This document shows positions 8,124 to 15,660 of a stretch of DNA of 45,840 nucleotides, one piece after another. Source of the stretch: a virus; the IMG/VR virus record IMGVR_UViG_2545824543_000001, one strand, 5' to 3'. A program made the position numbers and the translations under genes. Position 1 is the first letter of the stretch; the number at the start of each line of letters is the position of its first letter. Below the pieces are notes generated by a model. It searched no databases, was not told where the DNA came from, and was given only the letters and a program-made list of their open reading frames with translations.

Positions 8124-8168
8124 TTGACGCGTGCGCTCTGTTGCCCGTAGTGTTGCTCTTATCGCAAC
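8124..8168 (+). promoter_or_regulatory. Early promoter with overlapping operator for the recombination operon
   Basis: TTGACG (8124-8129), 18 nt, TAGTGT (8148-8153), then a perfect dyad GTTGCTCTTATCGCAAC (8152-8168). An imperfect site GTTGCGATAAAAGCATT lies at 8049-8065. Confidence 0.55.
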
Positions 8169-8192
8169 GCACCGCAACGAAAGGCGCATCGC

Positions 8193-9056
8193 ATGGCATC
8201 AGCCCAAAAAGTCAAGGACGACATTAAGCCCGGCATTTATGCGGGCATCCCCAACGAGGCGTATCATTCAGGCCCAGGCATTTCCAAGTCCGGCCTTTGG
8301 ACGATACACACCAAGTCACCGGCTCATTTCAAGTTCGGAGAGCGCAAGGAATCGACGGCTTTCGACATTGGCGAAGCTTGTCACCTTGCCATTCTTGAGC
8401 CGAACCTGTTCGAGAAGAAAGTCGTGCGCGGTCCCGAAGACCGTCGCGGCAACAAGTGGAAAGACCTTGCCGAAGTCTGCGGCATCGACGGAAAGCTGCT
8501 GCTGACATCTGGCGATTACGACAGCGCTCTCGCTATTCGCGACGCCGTGCATGCTGACGCATTCGTCAGCGGCATCGTCACCAACGAAAACGCGACCATC
8601 GAAACGTCTGGCTATTGGGTCGACGAGGAAACCGGCCTGCTCTGCCGTTGCCGCCCGGATCTTTACCGCCCCGACCTCAGCGTCATGGTCGACGTTAAAT
8701 CGACCGTCAGCGCACACCCCGACGCGTTCGCTAAGAGCGTCACCAACTACGGCTACCACGCGCAGGAAGCATTCTATTCAGACGGCTGGCGTGCGCTCGG
8801 GCAGAACGTCGACGGATTTGTGTTTCTCGCATGGGAGAAAACGAGCCCCTACGCGTTCGGGATCTACGAGCTACCCCCGGCAATCGTCGAGGAAGGCCGC
8901 GCCATCATTCGCCGCTCGCTCGAAACTTACGCTGTGTGCCAGCGCTCGAACTCATGGCCCGCCTACGGCCAAGGCGTCCAAGAGCTTGATTTCAAGCGTT
9001 GGGCCTACCGCCTGACTGAAGCCCCGTCAGCACTCGATACGGAGCTTTCAGCGTGA
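8193..9056 (+). CDS. RecE-like PD-(D/E)XK exonuclease (DUF3799-type)
   Basis: 287 aa. GISKSGLW...HLAILEP...CRPDLY...MVDVKST...YGYHAQEAFY pattern. Lies directly upstream of recT. Confidence 0.7.
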   Translation: MASAQKVKDDIKPGIYAGIPNEAYHSGPGISKSGLWTIHTKSPAHFKFGERKESTAFDIGEACHLAILEPNLFEKKVVRGPEDRRGNKWKDLAEVCGIDGKLLLTSGDYDSALAIRDAVHADAFVSGIVTNENATIETSGYWVDEETGLLCRCRPDLYRPDLSVMVDVKSTVSAHPDAFAKSVTNYGYHAQEAFYSDGWRALGQNVDGFVFLAWEKTSPYAFGIYELPPAIVEEGRAIIRRSLETYAVCQRSNSWPAYGQGVQELDFKRWAYRLTEAPSALDTELSA

Positions 9057-9250
9057 AGCTCTCCGTCCAGACGCGGCTTTATTGGGAGGCCGCACACTTC
9101 TTTCGCCGGTCCGGAAAATCGGACCTAACCATAGCAAAAAAATTTCTCGAAAAGGTCGCGGCCGACGCGCCCGCCCGTCTCAAAGACCGAGCAATCAACG
9201 TCCTCGTGGAGATCGACAATGAGCAATTCAACCGCGCTTGCAACCGCTGA
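9053..9250 (+). CDS. Hypothetical protein
   Basis: 65-aa ORF starting at a GTGA overlap with the upstream stop. Overlaps the recT start by 32 nt. Confidence 0.45.
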   Translation: MKLSVQTRLYWEAAHFFRRSGKSDLTIAKKFLEKVAADAPARLKDRAINVLVEIDNEQFNRACNR

Positions 9251-10148
9251 CCAGCGTCAAGCTACACTTCGCAATGCCCTCGTGAAAATGGCCCCGGAAT
9301 TTAGCAAGGCGTTGCCGGGCCATATTACGGCCGACCGCTTCGTGCGAACGGCCCAGACAGCAATCGCACTCACGCGCAACATCGACCGCGTGAGGAACCC
9401 ACAGTCGTTGCTTGCAGCCTGCACAAAGGCCGCAGCAGACGGGCTTATTCTGGACGGGCGCGAGGCCGCGCTTGTCATCGACTACAACGGCGAAGCTCAG
9501 TACCGCCCGATGATACGCGGCTTGCTCAAGCTCGCGTATCAGAGCGGCGAGCTTAAAGGGATCGTTGTCGAAGTTGTGCGGCAGGGCGATGTCTTCAGGC
9601 ACCGGCCGACGAACCTGCTCGAGCCGATCACGCACGAGATCGACCACGACGCCGAACGCGGCGAGCCGCGCGTCGTCTATGCGATGGCCGAATTGAAGGA
9701 AGGCGGCATCGTTCACGAGGTTATGTCAGTCGCAGCGATCAATCGCATTCGCGACCGCTCTGATGGTTGGAAAGCCTTTCAGGCCGGTAAGATCAAGTCG
9801 ACGCCTTGGGGTACGGATTGGGAAGAAATGGCGCGCAAGACCGTATTCCGCCGCCTCTCGAAATATCTGCCGTCGAGCAATGAGAAATTGCACCAAGCGG
9901 CCGAACGTCCCGACGACGCCGTGACTATCGATGGCGAAGCCGTCGAGACGACGCCGCCGACGACGACGAAGGCACCGGCAGGCCCGAAGACGCGCGGCGG
10001 CGCAGCGGCGGCACTTAGAGCCGTTCAGCCCGTCCAGCAGCCGCTTGAACTCGATCCCGAGCGCGAGCCCGCAGAGCAAACCGGCTTCGACCTTGAGACG
10101 GGCGAAATCCTCGAAACCAGAGCGGACTACCCGGGCGACGACATCTAA
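9219..10148 (+). CDS. recT: RecT-family single-strand annealing recombinase
   Basis: 309 aa. RFVRTAQTAI...AADGLILDGREAALV...YRPMIRGLLKLAYQSGELK is typical of RecT. Confidence 0.85.
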   Translation: MSNSTALATADQRQATLRNALVKMAPEFSKALPGHITADRFVRTAQTAIALTRNIDRVRNPQSLLAACTKAAADGLILDGREAALVIDYNGEAQYRPMIRGLLKLAYQSGELKGIVVEVVRQGDVFRHRPTNLLEPITHEIDHDAERGEPRVVYAMAELKEGGIVHEVMSVAAINRIRDRSDGWKAFQAGKIKSTPWGTDWEEMARKTVFRRLSKYLPSSNEKLHQAAERPDDAVTIDGEAVETTPPTTTKAPAGPKTRGGAAAALRAVQPVQQPLELDPEREPAEQTGFDLETGEILETRADYPGDDI

Positions 10149-10190
10149 CGCCGCCCGGCATCAGCGCAATCATCGCAGGAGGAAACGAAA

Positions 10191-10844
10191 ATGCGTATCG
10201 AAGCAGGCAAATGGTATCTCAATCGGGAAGGCAATTGCGTCGGCCCGATGCAGCGGAACAAAGACGCGACGTGGTTCTGGAAGGATGGAGAAGAGCGTGC
10301 CTACTTTTTCGACGGCCGCGCGGGTGTTGGGCCACACCCGAGCCCGTGCGACCTCGTTCGAGAGTGGGTCAATCCGGACACTCCCACAGAGCCGCCGCAC
10401 GACCTCGTTCGCGAGCAGCGCTTCGTTCGGGAGCCTTACGCTCGCGTTGGGAAATGGGTCGATGCTCCCACGAGGCCCGGCAGCATCAGCTACGTCGAAA
10501 CGCAGGAACCGATCCAGAGCGTAGAAACGCAGGCACCGGCCCAGAACGACGACGCGACATATGACAGTCTAGTCCGCGTGCTCGCGGATGCACACGCGCA
10601 GGCGTCGCGCGGCAAAGGCAAGGAGCGCCACGCCAACGGCCGCCCATTTGACCGCCAGCCGATCATGGAGCTTGGGCGCATGTACGGCCCCGGCTTTGCT
10701 GCCGGGCAAGCCGCGAAGAAAGCCCAGGAAGCAATGGGCATGGTTGCGCGAGGCCATCGCAACGCTGCGGTCTTCGAACTGCTGGGATCGATCAACTATC
10801 TCGCGGCCTGCGTGATGCTAATACGCGAGCAGCAAGCCTCTTAA
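10191..10844 (+). CDS. Hypothetical protein with a conserved-looking helical C-terminal domain
   Basis: Strong SD AGGAGG. Short internal duplications (DLVRE twice, VETQ twice). The C-terminal GKGKERHANGRPFDRQPI... is recognisable as a phage domain, but I cannot name it with confidence. Confidence 0.6.
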   Translation: MRIEAGKWYLNREGNCVGPMQRNKDATWFWKDGEERAYFFDGRAGVGPHPSPCDLVREWVNPDTPTEPPHDLVREQRFVREPYARVGKWVDAPTRPGSISYVETQEPIQSVETQAPAQNDDATYDSLVRVLADAHAQASRGKGKERHANGRPFDRQPIMELGRMYGPGFAAGQAAKKAQEAMGMVARGHRNAAVFELLGSINYLAACVMLIREQQAS

Positions 10845-10869
10845 GCGCGGCACGGCCGCACAAACTGTA

Positions 10870-11610
10870 ATGTACATTACAAACGAGAACGACATGCCAT
10901 CCGAACAGCGCACGCCTACGCAAGAAACGTACAGCGACCTACAAGCCGCTTACGATCACTTCAACACGACGCTGTTCGGAGGCGAGCTTCCTCCCTGCCT
11001 CATAACTCTACAGCGCAAGGGACCTCGGGTCATGGGGTATTACTCGCCAGGGCGGTTCATTCACCGCGCAGAGGAAGATCGTAAGACAGACGAGATCGCG
11101 ATGAGCCCGATTTTCTTCGTCCGCAAAGACGACATCGAGGCGCTTGAAGTTCTCGTCCATGAAATGTGCCATTTGTGGCAACAGCATTTTGGCACGCCAT
11201 CGCGAACTAGCTACCACAATAAGGAATGGTCGCAGAAGATGCAGGCCGTTGGGCTAATGCCATCAACGACCGGAGCGCCCGGCGGGAAAGCCGTTGGCCA
11301 AAGCATGGACCATTATCGTATTGTCGGCGGACAGTTCGAGGCCGAGGCGCAAGCACTCATAGACGGAGGATTTAAGCTCTGCTGGTACGACTGCACGGCA
11401 CGCTTTCCGATAATGACACCACGCGTTCCCCGCAGAAATGAGGACGGCGAAAGCGGCGAGGATGCTGGCGAAACCGAGGAAGCCGCTCCGCCTTTGTCTG
11501 GCAAGCGCGTAAAATTCACCTGCCCAAAATGCGAGGCAAACGCATGGGGCAAGGGATCTTTGCAGATCATGTGCGCCCCATGCGGAGTAGTTTTCGAGAG
11601 CGCAAGCTAG
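10870..11610 (+). CDS. SprT-like zinc metalloprotease with a C-terminal zinc ribbon
   Basis: HEMCHLWQQHFG is the HExxH motif. FTCPKCEANAWGKGSLQIMCAPCG is the ribbon. Start is uncertain (10870 or ATG at 10894), and a 16-bp palindrome overlaps 10870. Confidence 0.75.
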   Translation: MYITNENDMPSEQRTPTQETYSDLQAAYDHFNTTLFGGELPPCLITLQRKGPRVMGYYSPGRFIHRAEEDRKTDEIAMSPIFFVRKDDIEALEVLVHEMCHLWQQHFGTPSRTSYHNKEWSQKMQAVGLMPSTTGAPGGKAVGQSMDHYRIVGGQFEAEAQALIDGGFKLCWYDCTARFPIMTPRVPRRNEDGESGEDAGETEEAAPPLSGKRVKFTCPKCEANAWGKGSLQIMCAPCGVVFESAS

Positions 11611-12011
11611 CGCTTCGAGACGACGGCACCCAGCAGACGAGCGGCGATGTCAGTTGCCGCCTTGCTGCCGAAGTAGAAGCCAATCACCATCATAACGATG
11701 CCGCTCACTTGCGGGCCAGGATCAGGCGTCGAGCCCAAGGCTAGCACCGTGTCCCACACCACGATTTTCGCCACGTAGAGCAGCGCGCACTTGCCGATCA
11801 ATTCGCGCGTCGACCACCATTTATCGCTTTGAGCGGCAATCGTCGCAAGCGAGATTTGCCCCTCGAAAAATTTGACGGCCTGATCTGCGGCCAGCTTGTC
11901 CTTGTTCGTCTGCGCTGCAATCTTCGCCTGATAGGCACGCTCAAGCGGCGCAACCAGCTTTTCGACGAGCCCGCCCGTCAGCAGTGATAGAAGCCAAGTC
12001 ATCGTTCCCAC
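11607..12011 (-). CDS. Putative holin-like membrane protein (resembles 3-TM holins of the GTA type)
   Basis: 134 aa with hydrophobic segments at the N-terminus, middle and C-terminus. Last gene of the late operon. Confidence 0.45.
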   Translation of the reverse strand: MGTMTWLLSLLTGGLVEKLVAPLERAYQAKIAAQTNKDKLAADQAVKFFEGQISLATIAAQSDKWWSTRELIGKCALLYVAKIVVWDTVLALGSTPDPGPQVSGIVMMVIGFYFGSKAATDIAARLLGAVVSKR

Positions 12012-12208
12012 CCGAATTTTCGTTCAGCATAAAGCCACACTTCGGCCGCGACGCCGACCAAGCTTCCAAGAGCAACTTCGATCATTTGAATAACGTCGTC
12101 ATCAGCCGCGAGAGTTGTTCCGATGTCTGGCGACAGCAGACCTCGCGCCATGAGAAAAGCCGCGACGTATCGCAGCCCGATCCGAAGAATAATATTGGTC
12201 ATGGGCAC
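11999..12208 (-). CDS. Small two-TM membrane protein (holin/antiholin candidate)
   Basis: 69 aa. Hydrophobic segments are IILRIGLRYVAAFLMARGLL and VALGSLVGVAAEVWLY. Sits in the lysis-cassette position. Confidence 0.45.
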   Translation of the reverse strand: MPMTNIILRIGLRYVAAFLMARGLLSPDIGTTLAADDDVIQMIEVALGSLVGVAAEVWLYAERKFGWER

Positions 12209-12245
12209 CTCCGGACACTGGACTATCCCGGCAAGGGTTGCCGCG

Positions 12246-12503
12246 CTAACCGCCAGGAACCCCGGTCGTAGTTGCGACGCGCCAGAGCGCCGTTATGAAC
12301 AGTGCAAGAATGATCCACATAGCTTTGACGGCATGGCCGTTAAGGCGCTCGACTGACTTCTCGATGCGATCAAGCGCCGCTTCGACGTGCGGTCGTTGCG
12401 TTTCAAGGACGACAACACGATCATTGAGCTTGTTAACGCGCCCATGAATCTTATCCAATTCGGCTCTCATGTTGTCCGCTGACGTTGCGCGTTTCGCTGC
12501 CAT
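12246..12503 (-). CDS. Coiled-coil protein with a C-terminal TM segment (lysis-associated?)
   Basis: 85 aa. Heptad-like N-terminus, then AMWIILALFITALWRV. Confidence 0.5.
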   Translation of the reverse strand: MAAKRATSADNMRAELDKIHGRVNKLNDRVVVLETQRPHVEAALDRIEKSVERLNGHAVKAMWIILALFITALWRVATTTGVPGG

Positions 12504-12595
12504 GTTATCCCGCCTTCATTTGATGCGGGATATAACCCGGATAAAGTTGACCGCTCATACTAAGCGGCCAACCAATCCCACCCCGAGCGGCCGCC

Positions 12596-15500
12596 TTAAG
12601 TCCCGATAAGGCCGTGCGTCGTCAACGCGTCAATGATCGCCTTAATAGCCGCCGCACATTCTGCCGTTGTGGCAGTGCTAACGTCCTTCGATGCCTTCGA
12701 TCCCGTTCCCGTCCACGCTGACCAGCCTGTGTCTCTAGCGCCAACAACCTTGACGTTGTTAACCAGCAAACTCGTGAGCAGGTACAGTGACGAGAACGGG
12801 AGCGTCGAAATACCTAGCGCCGCGCCGCCTGACGAACTAGGGAACAGCGCAACGTCAGAAAGGAAAATCTTGTCGGTGACGGTCCCGCCTACAGATAGAG
12901 CTAACGCAAGCTGACCCTGCGGAGTCGAACTGCTGACACTTGAGGCGACGCCGCGAATACGTGCGAACTCTCGTTGCGCGCCTGCGGTATCCGTCAAGTA
13001 GAACGACTGATAGACAGTATCGAAGTTGGTCGCGTTCGCTTGCGGCCTAACGCCTTCAAGCCGCAAGCCCTGTCTTGAGGCAGTGTTCGTATCGTTGATT
13101 AGCCGAAGTGGAACACCTGTCGCCCTACTAACCCTTGCTTGCGGCGGCGACGCATAATCCATGTCGGCTGTCTGGTAGGCAGCGATACGACCGGCCATTG
13201 TGATCATACCGTCAACGCCATTCGCTCCGTAGCGATAGACCGCTTGGCCCGTGCCTGGGTAGCGATTGAGATTTGCAGCGTCGAAGCGGCCACCGACTAC
13301 GTTAATCTGCGTACTGCCGACTGTGTTCGTCTTCGGGTCAATGAAGAAGGTACATGCTTCAGCGGGCATCTGCCACGAACCATAGACGCAGCCGATAAAG
13401 TCTATTCGGTTGAACTCGCCAGTGATAGCAATAGCGCCATTGCCAACGACGTCGTAGCCAAAGACAGTGGTGCACGCATTGAAGGTGGCAGAGCTACAGT
13501 TATCGAGAAGCATAACGAAGCCTGACTGTCCGAAGTTAGGAGATGTCGGACCGGCGCCGTGAATCTTAGAGCCGATAAAGTTGACAGTATTGCTCCAATT
13601 CTGTCCGACAAGCTGAACTGCGCCGGTAACGCTGTCCGAATAGCCGTGAGAGTTTTCTACACGACAGTTTACAAGACTGAGGTCATTGCAGTTTGCGCCT
13701 TGTCCGGAGACTGTTAGCAAGTCTTCAGTCTGTCCCAGAAACATCGCAGGGCGTACGATAATAGGAACATTCGTTGCCGAGAGGCGCGCTTGATGACTGA
13801 GCGTGATAGTCAGCCGGTCCGTACTTACGGCAGTGATGCGCGACACAAGAAGATCGTTAGACGTAAAGGTCTTCGATCCGCCCTTATAGACCCCAAGATA
13901 ATCGCCAACTCCGATGTCTGTAGACAAAGGATAGTTCAGCGCGAGCGAAGCGCTGTTAGCAGCGATAGTGCCGCGAAGGATCAAGAACGAACCCGGATTA
14001 CCAGAACCCGCGCGAATAGTTCCGGCCGTCACTGGCGTACCAATGGCGACCGTCGCAGACGTAACAGAAGTGATCTTGAACAGACTCGGTTGCGGATTGT
14101 TATTGCTTGCGAGCGTTCGGGCATTGTTGACAACAAAGTATTCTTGGTTGGTCGCGTGTTCCGCAAGCCAAAAACTCTCGCTAGCCGTGAGTGTGGCTGT
14201 GCCGTTTCCGTTATCGGTAACCGTGAATGTCGCCGTTCTGGAATGATAGCCGGACTTCGAACCGTTGATAATGTTGCCTTGCGTTTGTTGCGCGCCGCAA
14301 GACTGAACCGTCACATCGTTCCAACGAGAGTTAAAGCAACCTTCAACCCAGATGCCTGCGTTGAAAAAGCTATCGAAGTCGATTCCTTCCATATCGGCTT
14401 CCAGGAGGTTCCACCCGTAGAGGCCGATAGGATCAGTGAACTTACGTTCACCGAAAAACGTGAGGTTTGAAAACTTCGTGAGCATTCGCCAACCATACGG
14501 CAAATGTATAGGAAGAAGTGCACGCGGACCAACGACGCCACTCAACGGGCCAGCCGAGCGCGTGATAGTAGACGAAACAAAGTTCCGGCAGTGAATGTGC
14601 GCGCCGTAAGCGCCGCCGCCGCCCCTAAAAACAAGCATCTTCTGCTGGCCGAGCCCTGTCTGTGCCCAGATCTTCGCATATGATGTAGGACTAATAAGCT
14701 CGTCGTTGACCGCATACGAAGCGTTGCCGAAATCGACAACGGCCACGCGGAAGTTGCCGCCCTGCATCCATGTGATCGCGTCGTCAATCATCGTGCGGAG
14801 AGCGGCGGTAACGGCTGTCTCGTTCTGGCTTTGGTAGTTATATTTTTGTGCGTAATCCAAGTCAGAAGCGCTGAGATAGTCAGAGGCGCGAAACACGGCG
14901 GGAGCGTCGTAGACGGCCTCTGCTCGCGCAACAACGGCTTGCGCTTCGACTGCTGCCGCACGCGCGTCGTCTCTCGCACCTTCCGCGCCGGACTTCGCGG
15001 CTTCCGCGCCTGCCCTTCCCGCAGCGGCATCATCCTTGCTGCTCGCCGCAGATGCGGCGCTAGAAGCCGCAGCCGCCGCCTCGCCCGGAGCGGCGATAAT
15101 GTCGTCCATATTGTCGACAACGGCCTGCATGTTGCCGATGGCCCCGGCAACCGCGTCGATATTGTCCGCGCTGCCAGAGAGCCGCAAAATATCCCCGACC
15201 AATGCGTCAAGCTCGCTTGGATCTGCCGACACTGGAATTTTGACAGAGCGAGAGATTTGCTCGGCAAGCTGCTGATCGCGCTTGACGGCGAGATCAAGAC
15301 CGCGCTCGACCGTTTCAGCGTAATAGGCCCCTTGGTTTTCAAGATCTATGTCCTGAACGAATGGGACATCGAGAATGATCGTGATCGATTGGCCGCTCGT
15401 CGGCGCGACAGTCGTCTCGACCTTACCGCCTTCATCGTCTCCCACACCGCTGACCGTGTAGTCTGTCCCGAGCGTCAGCACCGTTTCAACGCCGCCCTCG

Positions 15501-15616
15501 GTGCGTATCACCTTAATGTGCGCTTCGTCGAAGATCTTGAAATCAAAATCGTGCAGCTTCGTGACGCCGTTCCCGAAGTACGGCCCGGATTTATTAGTGT
15601 CGCTTGAAACGGTCAT
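12596..15616 (-). CDS. Tail fibre / tailspike (gp17 position), probably with a beta-helix depolymerase-like body
   Basis: 1006 aa. Fibre-adaptor-like N-terminus, Ala-rich coiled segment, long Gly/Asn/Thr-rich repeat-like body. C-terminus is GWSAWTGTGSKASKD...AIIDALTTHGLIGT. Confidence 0.75.
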   Translation of the reverse strand: MTVSSDTNKSGPYFGNGVTKLHDFDFKIFDEAHIKVIRTEGGVETVLTLGTDYTVSGVGDDEGGKVETTVAPTSGQSITIILDVPFVQDIDLENQGAYYAETVERGLDLAVKRDQQLAEQISRSVKIPVSADPSELDALVGDILRLSGSADNIDAVAGAIGNMQAVVDNMDDIIAAPGEAAAAASSAASAASSKDDAAAGRAGAEAAKSGAEGARDDARAAAVEAQAVVARAEAVYDAPAVFRASDYLSASDLDYAQKYNYQSQNETAVTAALRTMIDDAITWMQGGNFRVAVVDFGNASYAVNDELISPTSYAKIWAQTGLGQQKMLVFRGGGGAYGAHIHCRNFVSSTITRSAGPLSGVVGPRALLPIHLPYGWRMLTKFSNLTFFGERKFTDPIGLYGWNLLEADMEGIDFDSFFNAGIWVEGCFNSRWNDVTVQSCGAQQTQGNIINGSKSGYHSRTATFTVTDNGNGTATLTASESFWLAEHATNQEYFVVNNARTLASNNNPQPSLFKITSVTSATVAIGTPVTAGTIRAGSGNPGSFLILRGTIAANSASLALNYPLSTDIGVGDYLGVYKGGSKTFTSNDLLVSRITAVSTDRLTITLSHQARLSATNVPIIVRPAMFLGQTEDLLTVSGQGANCNDLSLVNCRVENSHGYSDSVTGAVQLVGQNWSNTVNFIGSKIHGAGPTSPNFGQSGFVMLLDNCSSATFNACTTVFGYDVVGNGAIAITGEFNRIDFIGCVYGSWQMPAEACTFFIDPKTNTVGSTQINVVGGRFDAANLNRYPGTGQAVYRYGANGVDGMITMAGRIAAYQTADMDYASPPQARVSRATGVPLRLINDTNTASRQGLRLEGVRPQANATNFDTVYQSFYLTDTAGAQREFARIRGVASSVSSSTPQGQLALALSVGGTVTDKIFLSDVALFPSSSGGAALGISTLPFSSLYLLTSLLVNNVKVVGARDTGWSAWTGTGSKASKDVSTATTAECAAAIKAIIDALTTHGLIGT

Positions 15617-15660
15617 TGTATGGTGGCCCCGCTGTTTGAGGCCACCATATGCACAGATGG

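Noticed and set aside
8131-8505. A 124-aa ORF overlaps the start of the RecE-like gene.
   Set aside because: It is the Arg/Ser-rich alternative frame of the nuclease gene and begins inside the promoter/operator region.
12596-15616. A diversity-generating retroelement was expected, because the capsid and cement genes look BPP-1-like.
   Set aside because: I found no reverse transcriptase ORF anywhere in the window, no C-type-lectin-like fibre C-terminus, and no template/variable repeat pair near the fibre gene.
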